Below are positions 1 through 12,411 of a DNA stretch of 56,618 bases, in pieces. Positions within the stretch are counted from its first letter, which is position 1; each line of letters starts with the position of its first letter. Both the position numbers and the translations under genes were made by a program. Source of the stretch: Octopus sinensis (lineage: Eukaryota). Below the pieces are notes generated by a model. That model was not told the origin of the DNA, searched no databases, and worked only from the letters and a program-made list of their open reading frames with translations. The stretch covers positions 1 to 56,618 of the forward strand of contig NW_021832584.1 in assembly GCF_006345805.1 (NCBI RefSeq), given 5' to 3'.

Positions 1-2215
1 TTATAATCAAATTGTCGATTTATTTGAGAAAGGTTGAGAAACTAAAATTTTAACTGCAGATCAAAATTCGAAAAAAGATTCTCGTTTGAATTGGATGAGA
101 AAAATTATTAAAGACGGTGCTTTTAAGGATAAAATTTCCGCCCACGTTATTTTGACTAAAGAATTGCCGCTTTTTCATTTGAAATCAATAAATGTGCTTT
201 TTGAGTTTTCAAGTCGTCATTCTCGAAGAGAATCTGTGCATGCCTTGGAAGGTTTGGTTGAACTTTTTTCAAAATATTTACTTCCGAGAAAGAAATTAAT
301 CAGCATTGATCAAGTAACAGCATTTAAAAATAAATTTAATTAGGCTGTTAAATCATTTAAACATGAACTATCTGTAATTGATTTGACGTGCCTATGGTTT
401 GAGGACCGCCTCATATTGTATCTGGCGAAATTATGTGACCTTCTCAAGACTAGTATGGAAGACAGTATACCCTCAATCAGGAAAAAATCCATTCAATTTA
501 CATTTCGTTTGGCCATTTGTCGCTCATTACAAAATCATGTTTTTATTTTCTTTAATTTTGCAAGAAACCCATCGAGTTGTTGGTTAATAAATTGGGGGAT
601 CAGAATAAGGATTTGGCATCGACTGCTCTCTTTTATATTCAATCATTGGTTCGGAGAATGCCTCATTGTAATCAAGTCATTGGAAAGCAGTTAGAAATGG
701 TGTTGTTCCGCCCAAATGTTTCGAGTCGAACTCAGTAAATATTTTATTGAATTTATTAGATTTTATGCTATTTGTTGCTTGTCACAGTTTATCTTTACGT
801 CTGACGATGCAGGATCTAGTCTGGCAGGGTTGTTGATTGGAATATACCTTTCTTACTTCAAAACTCTCATTCCAAATGACACTGTACATTCAAAGACAAT
901 GTCTGTACTCCTTGATGCAATATATCGAGCTATTCCTTATGCAGATAGTAAGTTTATATTTGTTTATTATTGAGAACATTATTCACTGTTTGATGAAAAT
1001 ATTGACACTCTCTACTTGCTTTCTCACTCTCTTTCTTTCTCTGCTTCTATAAGAGTTCTTCAAATTCTTCATGTCATATCTACAATATCGATTGAGTGAA
1101 CATTTGTGGTTTTATAATTTAGAGCTGTGACTGATCGCTTTTTTTCTGCGCTTTACACTCGTCTTGCTGATGTGCGTCTATTTGACTGTTCGAAGCCTGC
1201 AATGTTTCTTACTTTGCTATATAAGGCGTTGGCTGGTGACAAGGATATGAATAGGATTTTGGTTATTTTATTAATTTTAACAATATTTAGGCATTTATTA
1301 AACGTTTGCTTCAAGTTTGTCTTCAACATCACAATCCTGCCTTTGTGGCGGCATCTTTGATCATGATTTCTGAAATAACATCAAAGATACACGTGATTCT
1401 TTTCGAAACTACTGGCACTTCAGAGAATGAGGACCGTTTCAATCCCACAGAACGAAATCCACGTTTTTGTGGCCTCGATGCTTCTTTGGGCTTTCTCTGT
1501 GTTTGTAGAAATGAGTTGGAACTACTTTCTTCGCACGTTCACCCCACAATTTCATATTTTGCGACAACATTGACCGAAGTATTCCTTTTTTTATATTTAA
1601 TAGCGGAAATCTATTTCCTATCAAGGACATCCATTACAAGATTTTAGTTCAATTAGATTTCTTGATCGTTTTGTTTTCAAAAAGCCTCGTCCAATGAGTT
1701 TTTTTGTCAAATATTTTTGTAGAAGAGGAAGGTCGCGTTATAATGTCACAGAAGAAAATTCGTCATTGTGTAGGCATCCGTGCCTTACCTGTGAACAGTG
1801 TTCAGTTTATAAATAGTCATCAATCATCGATTCCTTTGGATGAACGATATTTACACCAGTGAAACAAAAATGATTATTTTTATAGTTTTTTTCGCACGAT
1901 TGGAGTAGACTCGTCGGGAGGGTGTTATTATTGTGTTAAAACGGATATTAAAACCGAAGCTGTGGAAGATAGTGATTTTGATATGCTCGTTGGAGAGCAG
2001 AAGGTCGAGGCGGATTCTTCCGATTTTTCATTGAGCGACGATTGCAGTGATTCATTAGAAAGTGATTTCCAGGACATGACCAAAACCGCTGAGGAAGTTT
2101 GCGATTTTTATTAATGTTTTAGTTTGACGAGATGTTAAACGCAGTGCCCAAAAAGGACAAGATTTTGAAAAAAGATTACCGTAAACGCAAAGTGAAAGGC
2201 AGGGTGGGAAAATGA
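1..2215 (+). CDS. CEBPZ: CCAAT/enhancer-binding protein zeta / Noc1-Mak21 ribosome biogenesis factor, 5'-partial, multi-exon
   Basis: After removing about 23-30 nt GT-AG introns, exons give LVNKLGD, FRPNVSSRTQFYAICCLSQ, RAIPYA, DRFFSALY, YQGHPLQDFSSIRFLDRFVFKKP, then an acidic and basic tail ending TGA at 2213-2215; these are CBF/Mak21 family motifs. Confidence 0.88.
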
Positions 2216-2670
2216 TGTAAAAATTTTTTGATTACATTTTCTATACATTTAAATAAACCATATGTTTATTTTTGTTTTAGACAATTACAATGTTTGTGTA
2301 ATTCTGGATTCGTCAATTTTAATGATGTAGCCATTTTTAGTTTTTGTTGAATTCAAATTTGAAAAATTTATTTACTAAGACAAAATCATTAATATCTGGC
2401 AACTGCTGATGAAATTGATTATTTGTGGATTACTTGCTTGGGAATTGCCATTCCATCTTATCCTCTGCTGCAATTAAATATTTATTAAAACTTTTTGATT
2501 TAAAACCAAATCCTGTAAAATTAATTTTTGATTAATAGTAATTATAATTTATGAATAATTTTTATTAAAACGTTTTAAAAAATAATAAAAGAAATTTCAT
2601 AACAAGCAAACGTAGGTATATGCGTGTTTGCATGCTTTAATCGATCCTTGATAATTATTTACTTTAAAAC

Positions 2671-3358
2671 TTGAAATCATCTTATAGTTGTATGATACTC
2701 AATCATTTACATTCTCTGAATTCAGGAAGGTCCACCGATGATGTCAATAAAAATGATGAAATCATTCAATATATAAACTTTCAGTCTCGTCGTGCTATTC
2801 ACAATGCCCTTGAGAGAAAGCGCAGAAAAAATATAAAAATTGTTTTCAAGACTTGAAAGATATCATTCCCTCATCCAGAGAACGAGTAAAATTCTTAATC
2901 CGACTCAATCTAAGATTCCACGTGCCAAAATCCTTCAAAAAGCACGTGACTACATTTATTTTTTGAATGGAATGGTACTCAAGTTTGATTGCAAAATAGC
3001 AACCTTCAGAGAAAAACTTAAAGCTGAAAATTCTCTAAGTTGATTATTTTACTAAATTTCAGCCGAAATGCTAAAATCAGGAACTGTCGAGATAAATGCG
3101 GAACTCAAAGATGCTCGTTTGGAGGGAATCCGGAAAGTTTTTTGTCGTCAAAAAGTAGTTCCTGACCCTTCGTTGATTTGTAATGCCCCTACGTCTAATC
3201 CTGTCAATTCCGGGTCTTCTAATTCTTCGTCGAATTTTGTGTACTCTGGCAGTGATACGGAAGATTATTTGGTGGAGCATGACAGCAGTCGTGTTGATGA
3301 ATTTGTGTTTGTTGACAAGAAACGTGGCCACAACCCGAAACACCAGAAACATCTTTAA
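2671..3358 (+). CDS. MAX: Max-like bHLH-leucine zipper transcription factor (start uncertain; 1-nt frameshift in A-run at 2835-2839)
   Basis: RRAIHNALERKRRKNIK-(fs)-CFQDLKDIIPSSRER/IPRAKILQKARDYIYFL parallels Max HNALERKRRDHIKDSF..LRDSVP..RAQILDKATEYI. Two tiny introns; S/acidic/basic C-tail. Confidence 0.8.
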
Positions 3359-5119
3359 CATATACGTCATCTAATCCAAATAATGCCAAGTTAATTATTT
3401 TTCTGGATTTAAATGCTTTTTTGCTTATTTTCTTTCACGGTTTTGTTTAGATTTTGTGACTGAATCGATAGATTATTTTAGGCATGATTGCCATCAATCA
3501 AATTTGATGTTTGTTAAATGGCACGTGACAAACAATGTTTAGTTTAATCAAAGATCAGGTTGGTTATTCGGCTTCTGTTTTAAGATATTTTAGTATAACG
3601 GTCGTGTATTTTCTGGCTATCAAAAAAACTCAAAACGCATCAATACGTAAAAATTTAGTTTATCTAAAATTTCAGTTTATTCTCAAAAATCTGATTTATG
3701 CCAAAAAGGTGAGTAATCTACAAAAATAATGTCATTAATTCAATATCTATTTTATGTTTTTGTGGTTTCACACGCACAGTGAGCTCTCTCTCGTTAATGA
3801 ATTTCGTTTATTAATTACGAATAACCGCATTTGTGCTAATTATTTTGCTGTTCTTTTTTTAATTTGATTTAAGATAATAATGGATATAATTGATTTATAA
3901 TATGATTAATAATTATATTAGTGTCAAGTGGCTTTCCATTATGTTTTATGTGTGCGAAAACAATAAAAAGTGTGAGTTTCTTAATTTGTTCGAATAAAAC
4001 TATTAAATGTGATAAACAAGAATTTTTTTTAAAACACGCAAATGCAAACAAGCAAGTTATAAATTACCTAATAGTCTCATGAGACGCTCGGCTAGCCTCG
4101 CGAATAGCAAAGCCAATAAAAATTTGTAAACAAAATTTTCACATCAACATTTTACTTTTCTGTAATAGATTACATTGTAGGTAACATTCCCATTTGTTTG
4201 TCAGTTATAAAGTAATTTTTTAACTTTTTTCTATTTAAGGGGTGTAATTTTTATTTTTTGCCTAAAATCTAAAGTGAAGATCAGATTCGTGATGGTTAAC
4301 AAAAGATTGCAGTTAAAAAGCTAAGGAATGATTCAAACCGAAAGGAATAAATTAATACAGCAATCAATTTTAAATAGTTTAAGTTTTTATAAAAACAAAA
4401 TATGAACTAAGTGGTTGTTGTTTCGGATCCTTTTTAAGCAAGACTCATTTATCAGCACCATCACTTTTTCATTATAAGGTGCCTAAAAACGTTTATTGTA
4501 ATTCAAAATATAATCTTATTAAGTCATGAACACTAGACTCCGTTAAATTTGCAAATTTTAAAAAAATTTCCAATTTTAGTGAAAATTTGAAAATGACAAC
4601 AGTAAAACTATGTTTTACCATGCCCGGTTGTGATTGACTGAATGATATACAAGAAAACTATCAAAAAATGCAAATATTGCGTTATAAGGACGACAACAAC
4701 TTATTATCATGCCAAATAATTGTCAATAAATTTTCCTTCTTGTTTAAATTGAACATTTGCGGAAAAACAGCTAATTTTAGTGAGTGTTGAGTCAATTATG
4801 GAACAATTCAAAACTAAAAATTTATCTACAAAAACAATCAAAAAGTTAAAGTTCCCGAAACTTGATAAAAACTTGTTGATCGGATATTTTCGACTTAATC
4901 AAAATGTATAGTAAAACCTCTAAGACTTGCTATATTATGAAACCGACCCAATTTTTACGAGATATAGAATTCGACGAGCAATTGAGGTTTTGCATTTTTG
5001 GTTGTTTAACAAAAATTGAAAAGTATGTACGTATAATAAATCATCGCAAATTTCCCATTTTTGGTATATAAAAATTTTACGGCCAATTAAAAAAAATCAA
5101 TACATACAAAAATTAAAAT

Positions 5120-5230
5120 TTTTATTTATTTATTTAAAGACCAAACACGGGTAAGCCAGTTAATGATTATTATCCTCGTGATCCGCGATTCAAGCGAGGG
5201 AGATCCTTCTGAAAGGTTCGATCCTGCCCC
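5120..5230 (-). mobile_element. About 105-bp SINE-like or retroelement 3' end with (TAAA)n tail; second copy at 55064-55168 (+)
   Basis: Reverse complement GCAGGATCGAACCTTTCAG..GGATCTCCCTCG..GATCACG.GGAT.AT.AT..TTAACTGGCTTACCCGT.TTTGGTCTTTAAATAAATAAA recurs with few differences at 55064-55168. Confidence 0.7.
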
Positions 5231-5283
5231 ATGAACGGCCTGAGACGATGATGTCACAAAAATAAAATAAACACGTTTAAAAT

Positions 5284-5820
5284 TTTTTTTTTTTTGAAAA
5301 TAATAACTGTAACGAAAACAGAGAGAAAAGAGAGTAACAAGAGGACTTCCCCGCCTCGTAGATGGAGAACAGTTTCCACGTACAATGGCAAGGGAAATCC
5401 TCTGAAGGAGCCATCCACACTCACGCGTGTCGTTTCTCTTGCGAGAAATCAGACGACCCAGCTTTTTGAGGAAAATGAGTGACCTGTCACCGATTACGCC
5501 AGAGGTCTCCACGGCGATCGGGGTAAATAGATAGGGTTCCGAGAGATTGGTGTACTTTGAAATCTTTAATTCTTCTGCTCTGCGAGAAGCAGAGCCAGCT
5601 GCGACAGCTGAAGGAGGAAGATTTAGTTCAGAAAAAGTATCTGAGCAAGTTGCATCCCATATCAGCGATTTTCCGAACTCGAATGGGAAGGTGGATAGAC
5701 CGTCAGGCCTCTTTCCGTCTCCCCTAGCAAGCCAACTGGTTCGAGAATTGATGGATTCCGGCAGCTTTGACCCCCTCAGGACGACGTCATTTAGGGCAGC
5801 GTGGCGTGGGGCACGCCAGC
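5284..5820 (-). mobile_element. 5'-truncated CRE-clade non-LTR retrotransposon (restriction-like endonuclease C-terminus), poly(A) tail, 14-bp TSD
   Basis: RHAALNDVV..GDGKRPDGLSTFPFEFGKSLIWDATCSDT..KYTNL..FTPIAVETSG..LLQRISLAIVRGN. Poly(T) on plus strand from 5283; direct repeat AACACGTTTAAAAT at 5270-5283 and 5821-5834. Confidence 0.85.
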
Positions 5821-5944
5821 AACACGTTTAAAATATATTTGAATGCAATTTAATCCCACGTTCTTACTATTTGCTCGTTTTATATTGTAGATTTTAACTA
5901 AGAATTAATATTTGTATTCTCTTCATCCTTTTGACTATACCAGT

Positions 5945-6066
5945 TCAGTTCAATTTTGACATTTCTATATCGATTTTGACAATGCGGTGTTCAATTTTGA
6001 CACTCTTTTCATCAAATTTGACAATGGAACATTTAATTTTGATATTTTTATATCAATTTTGACAAA
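5945..6066. repeat. Degenerate short tandem repeat of (C/G)AATTTTGACA motifs
   Basis: About six spaced copies of a/gattttgaca; possibly subterminal repeats of a decayed DNA transposon. Confidence 0.55.
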
Positions 6067-6205
6067 ATTGGCCGTTTTTGCATCCTTCGTTGTCTCTCAA
6101 TCCTGCGAGCCAGCCCATTTCTAACCCATTTTTCGACCCAGGGTGAGAACCGTTGTGATAAATGAAGAAATACACTATTATTAGACGAAAACAAGATACT
6201 CATTA

Positions 6206-7399
6206 ATGAAGAAATTTGGAAGAGGACTTAATTCAATTGTCCATAAAAGTGAATGCATGTTATACCAATTTTTGACTGATCTTGAAAGAAAGTCTACAAT
6301 GTGTCTCAGAAAGTCTGGAATCTTGCGGGTCTTGAAAATAAAGAAAACACATCTGGCCACTATCGCAAGATTTCTTACCTTCAAATACAATATTGAAGAT
6401 CCTTCAGAATTGAATATAAACATAATCAAGGAGAATCAACAAAAAAATCTAATGAAGATTATTAAATCGAAGATGTTGCATTCCGTGCTTTTCAAATGTT
6501 GTGAGGATCAGAATGTCGACATCAATATGTCTACGGAATGGCTAGTGAATGGAAACAACAGTCCGATATCAGAAGCAATGTATTGTATTATTCAGGATCG
6601 AAATATATTTTTCAACGATAACGGAGAAATGTGCAATCATTGTAATCAAGCTAAAAAATCTGTTGATCACATGGCTACAAGATGTAGCAGAATGCTGAAC
6701 AGTGATTATACCAGAAGACATAATGAAGTTATAAGATGCATCCATTTGCATCTCTGCCGCCAATATGGAATCAGGAAAACCAAAAGGTTAAAGTCACACA
6801 CAGTCCAGTCGGTTAGCTCAAATCATAAAGTGGAGATAAGAGTGGACACCACCTTGCAGACAGATGTTCATGTAAAAAACAATAGACCAGATATCTTTGT
6901 CCTTGATAAAACGAAAAACGAAATCACTCTAATTGAAGTCGGAATTACTTCCCACGCCATGTTAAAGCAAGTGGAAGTAGAAAAACTACATAAATATGAT
7001 CTTCTTGCTGGAGAATTATCTCAAATCCACGGTGCGAAGGTAACGATAATCCCCATTGTCCTCACATGGGACGGGATAGTTTCTAAATTCTATAAGTCTT
7101 ATATGGAAAGACTGAAGTTGGATGCTTCCACTAGATCGTATATACAATCGCTGACGATTAAAAAGACATTGGAGACCATGCTTGTTGAACATAAACATGG
7201 AGTGGAAATTGAAAAACATGAGGAACAAGTTTCGAGGGCCACCAACTACCTCCTAAAATTGGCTAGAGAAACAACAGATCCACCAGATTTGCCGGAAGAT
7301 GTGTCTCATGTTTTATATGAAGTGTTAAAGGATGAGAATACGCGATCCAGTGCAACGGTTCAAAAAGGAGGAGAATTATACAGATTAGTTAGTTATTAG
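6206..7399 (+). mobile_element. R2-superfamily (R4/Dong/NeSL-like) non-LTR retrotransposon 3' part: RT C-terminus, CCHC knuckle, RLE endonuclease; open 397-aa frame
   Basis: GRGLNS, CNHCNQAKKSVDHMATRC, YTRRHNEV, NRPDIFVLDK..ITLIEVGIT..EKLHKYDLL, IIPIVLTWDG (PD-D/ExK fold). Confidence 0.9.
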
Positions 7400-7774
7400 T
7401 AACTAAAAACGTTAATTTATAATAAATTTATTATCACTAATTTTATGGAATTTCTATCCTAATTATTTATATCGCCCGAATCACACATATATATTTATTA
7501 AAAAATATATTGTCGTTGCAAAATGAATCTACTGCTTAATTTATTTATTATTACTTCATGTTTAAGTGACTCAGGTTTAATGTACTATCAATAATTAGAC
7601 ACTTTTCAACAAAAAACCGACCACCATAAACTTAAAATAAACAAAAAATGTAAATATTTATGACTTTAGTTCAAGTTGTGAATGATCTCTCAAAAACATT
7701 CAGAAAAAGAATAAAAATAAACAGTTGTTTCTAAATTTGATTTTAAAGTGATTTCAGAAGACAGTTAAGAATTC

Positions 7775-8095
7775 TTATTGGCATCAACTGGCAAAGAAAT
7801 CAAGAACTCCACCCTATACAATATCTGCAACAGCAGACCCGTCAGTGTGGACATTACCGAAGCACGTTGGCGCTATTGGGCCACATTCTAAGACTCGACC
7901 AGGATGTCTATGCTAACTGGGCAATGGAATCATATTACGCAAAGGACGAAAGATCTGCGTCCCGAGGACGCCACGAAATACATTACCTATTGTAATTCAA
8001 AAGAACTACAACGCGTTAAAAGACAACTGAAAAATGGAGACGACCTAGATACTCTCAGGAGTATAGCATACAACCGCACATCATGGAAATTATGA
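7775..8095 (+). mobile_element. RTE-like LINE 3' remnant
   Basis: Frameshifted RILIGINW..KNSTLYNIC..ARWR.LGHILRLD..ANWAM..DLDTLRSIAYNRTSW; same family as 25598-26104. Confidence 0.7.
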
Positions 8096-8499
8096 CCGAA
8101 AAGATAGTCTCATATGGCACATGTGGGAACTTAATTAGTTTAAATTACATTATGTTCCTATGACAGTGCTAATAATAAGTGATTTCAGCTCAGTTAATAT
8201 ATAAAAATGACAACCGAAATTAATAGCATTATAAATTATACTGGAAGTTCAAATTTATTAACAAGCAACAAATTAAAAAGTTAGTAGAATTATAAACCGT
8301 TTTCAATAGGAAGAAATAAATATTCAATTAAAAATTCAAGTTTCCCAATAAATATTCATAATTGTAAATTTCCCAATAAATTATTGACTAAAATTTAGCC
8401 AAGCGGCCTAAATCAGACGGTATAAACAAACTAAACAAAAGTATATTTTATATTTAACACGCCAGGAAAAAAGGATAAAAAAGTTTTATAGAATTTTTT

Positions 8500-10030
8500 A
8501 TATAGGAAATTGTCAAGATTAATGAGCTTATTTCAGAAATTATGACGGTGTCAAGGAATAAATCAAAGTTGGATATTACAGCTTAAATCCGATTAGAATA
8601 AGATCCATTTTGGAAAAACCAACTGTTCAACCATTAAACCGAAGTTTGATTATCCAAGATGTAATAATTGTCGACAAAAATATCCATGCCGATAAATTCA
8701 CAGAAACAATATACGACAAAACCAATTCTTCAAATAATGTCAAAATATTTCTAAATTTTGATAAATCAAATTCTAAAAATAGTTTGCAATAAAAAACACA
8801 ATTTAGTTCGTATCATAAAATGGAAAAATGACGATATCTTCCCCATCAGAAAAAAACAAACTTTACACTCTGATATCATCTCCATTTCATCGACAATTTT
8901 TATCAAAAAATAAGTATAAGTTTCCCAATCGTCACAAATCATTCCAGTTATCACTTGAAAATATTTAGTTTTTCAAAATGAGTGTGCTTTTTACAACGCG
9001 AATGATACAAGTTGGGATACAATTGGCGGAAAGACGATTATTTTCGAAATGGAAAAAAAAATTTTGTGCAGTTTTAACCATCTGTCAAGTTTTGCAGTTA
9101 TATTTGTATTTGAAAATACCATTAATAATAATATACATAGAACCCGGAAAAGTATAAAATTGACGGAAGAAAATATCATTAATCTCACAAATTACATTAA
9201 TTGGACTGATATCCTCCATCATTTCAATTATTATCTCGATTATAATATTTTTTCTAGAATATCAGTAAAATATTCAATATATTTTTAGAATTCTTCTAAA
9301 ATCAAAATTTCAATTAATTTTATTAAACTTAGAAATTTCAATTTTAATCGTGGACCTTGATTTTATAGTAGGAATGTATTTTGTTCACACCAAAACCCAA
9401 AATCAATGTACAGTTTTGGTGCTGTATTACATTATGGATTGTTGTCACAGTTTATGTGGATGTTAACTGAAACTTATTTTCACTTTCTTAAATTTGTTAA
9501 AATTGTGAAACGCGAAACTTCTAATTTGATTCTCAAATCTTTTATCTGCAATTGGGGTTTTATTTAATTTTTATTTCAGGAGTACCTTTATTTATTGTCT
9601 TGACGGTTTTTCTAGCAAATCGAAACTCATATAACCCAAATGAGAGGTATTTTTAGCAAAAAGTTTATTTTAAGTTGTTTTTTGACTGGGTTGGCATTTT
9701 ACTTGAGTCTTTTTATTCCTTCAGCAGCAATTTTGCTGATAAACATGGTTCTGTTTATTATTTTGTTCTACAAACTTAAAATTGAAAAAAATGCAAGTTC
9801 TAAAATGAATTGTTTAAAGAATATTGTTTTGTTTTCTGCATTTTTCTTATCAGGTAGTAAAGATGAAATTCATTATTGACAGGATTGTGTTGGATTTTGT
9901 ATTTTTTGTTCGGTTCGATTCTTCTCAAACTCTGGAATACATATTTTGCATTACTGTCTGCCCGCAAGGATTACTTATCTTGTTTTTAAATTTGATTAGT
10001 CGACAACTGAAATATCAAAAGCTAGGATGA
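8500..10030 (+). CDS. Adhesion GPCR (GAIN/GPS + class B2 7TM), tiny introns, several 1-nt frameshifts; N-terminal start uncertain
   Basis: GPS: ECAFYNANDTSWDTIGG..LCSFNHLSSFAVIF. TM motifs LILLNLEISILIVDL, C..GAVLHYGLLSQFMWMLTE, NWGVPLFIV, LFIPSAAILLINMVLF, SGLCWIL, YIFCITVCPQGLLIL. Confidence 0.82.
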
Positions 10031-10383
10031 ATTAACAACTAAACTGATTTGTTACTAATAAAATATTTTTTGGTATATAGTAAACACGTAAAAATAAAAA
10101 TAGACACTCTATAATAGAAATAACCCAAACTAAATAAATATTTTCTCTTGGTGGCAGGAAGTTTTTTGCTTGAAATTAAAACTTTTTCTATAAAACATTC
10201 GGACATTTCCAGAGTTTATCAAAAATTTTGCGTTTTCGTCTCTTAGGAGAACTTACTAGTGTAATTTAACCCTGCTGGTGTGATTACATCTACTATCTGT
10301 AAAGAAAATAACCTAAATGGAATAAAATAATTAATTGTGAATTAAAACCAAAATAATTAAGACCAGAATTAGAAGATTTTAAA

Positions 10384-11701
10384 TTAATGACTCTCAGGTA
10401 TGCCTAAATGATCAGTAGACTCACGAGGACCATCTCCAGGCTAAAATAAAGAATGGTATTTTCACCCTCGTGCTGATTACATATTTAATATGTACATCAC
10501 TCGAGACTACATCCACAAAGCCATTGATTGAATTTGAAACTTGCAATGGTAGTCCAACAACCGGCAATCCACCAGGAACTCCGGCCACTTTTGAAAGATA
10601 TCCATAAACCGAATCGACATCCTCTTCCATTGTAAAAACAAATGCATTTGATCCTGCATCGAATGTATATGCAGCCACCGTCCGGCCCATTAAATCATTC
10701 ATTCGATGTATATATGACAATAAAGAAAAAGCAGAGTCAGATATATACCGAATTGGGGGATAAGAGTCCATCATTGTTGCATGCATTTCGTTACTATCCT
10801 GAAATATCACTTTATGTCAACAACTTTCATCATTAGATACCCAAAACTGGAAAAGTCCCTCAGTTTTATGGCTTCTTTGATTTCTTCCAAACGTTCAAAA
10901 GCAGTGCTGGTGACTCGGTAAGACAAGAGACGACTCGTTTTTACTGTCGTTTGCATACCTCCAGTTGAACTCACAGACTTTTGAGAATCACTGGCCACGA
11001 AAACAAGAACACGAAGTCCTGGCCAGTTGTAAGGAAAGGGGACCGCCGTAGAGTCCTCCCCATCGTCTCGAACACCCATTTCCCACTCGACAAATCCTCC
11101 GTACATACTTCGACATGCACTTCCAGACCCAATACTTAAAATTCATCATTTATTAAATAACCGAGCAAAAATTGGCGATATTTCTATTTGGTAGAGTTTT
11201 GCAACTGCACATGCTAGTAGTTGAGATTTGGGGTACTAACCAAGACATGCGTACCCCGAGGCGGAGGAGGCAAGTCCAGCAGCAGTGGGAAAATTGTTTT
11301 CTGAAACAATGCAGAGTTTGGCATTATTTGACTGATCTTTTCTCGCTCGCTGAACTTAAAGAAATTTCTACTGACAAGTCTGACTAGTTTCTATGACTCT
11401 TCTGGCCCGTTCTGGTAGTTCTGTTTGTCTATTTATATTAAAAATTGAATTAAACCTTCCATTCAGAAACAAGATGTTGTCGGGTAATTCTGGCTTCATG
11501 TAAACCGTAGTTTTCGTGCATAACTAGTGTCGCTAAAATAGACTGTGAACCTGATCCACGTCGAGGGTGACGCTTAGAGAAGAATTTATTGGCAAAATTA
11601 GTTCGCTGTCTCGTTTCCCCCCTGAATTTAAATTTGTATCAGTTTTTACAGTATTTTATTACAGCAATATTAATAGGCGCTACACACGTTATAGGACACA
11701 T
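10384..11701 (-). CDS. MVD: Diphosphomevalonate decarboxylase, multi-exon
   Basis: [87 protein letters not shown], C-terminal PGDGP; tiny GT-AG introns. Confidence 0.95.
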
Positions 11702-11961
11702 TAAATTTGATTTTTAATTATTTCAAAAATTTGAAATATACTAAAAACATATAAAAATATTAATTATAATGAAACAATTAATATGATCAAAATAAAAAAT
11801 ATTAATGTTTTTGGAGAAAAAATAACAATTGTTTATCAAAACCACAAAATGTGAAAATTAGAATATTTTTTATCAATAAAATACAATTTAAATTAAATCA
11901 AAAAAATTAGATCATTGTGGTGCCAACTCATCCCCTTTACTAACAAAAAATAAAATAACAA

Positions 11962-12411
11962 TTACTCTAAGAATGAAGGATCAACTCCCTGAGTAACCAT
12001 CATATGTTTCACTGCGGCAAATGGAATTCCCTACGACATTATCATAGTCACTAACCAATCGTAAACGCTTAAAAAATGGGGAAAATCTTGGATCGTCTTT
12101 AACTAAAATTCCTTCAACAATTGGGGTCTCTTCCTCTGTTACCTTTAAGATATTTCAATTCTCAACTTTACCTTTTCGGTATCCGCTGGCTGTGAATCTT
12201 GGGTGACCGTTATTTTGGGTTCTTCCGGGCAGGGAATAGATTGAATCCTGGATTCCAGAATAGAAAGGGATCTATCTATCTTTCCAAGGCGGGAATCAAA
12301 TTTTAGTAAGTCATTAGAGATCTTTTTCATTAGATTGTTGCAATAAGACGTGCTAGATATTAAAAAATTGTTAATTTGGATTGATATTTTGTCGATTTCA
12401 TTAAAGCACAT
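11962..12411 (-). CDS. WASHC3: WASH complex subunit 3 (CCDC53), 3 exons
   Basis: Coiled coil ..RLGKIDRSLSILESRIQSIP, then KDDPRFSPFFKRLRL/GIPFAAVKHMMVTQGVDPSFLE*, like CCDC53 KDPRYARYLKMVQVGVPVMAIRNKMISEGLDPDLLE; two tiny introns. Confidence 0.8.

Noticed and set aside
3522-3527. CACGTG E-box just downstream of MAX (autoregulation)
   Set aside because: A single hexamer is expected by chance; no supporting evidence.
5547-5831. 94-aa plus-strand ORF
   Set aside because: Antisense shadow of the CRE endonuclease region.
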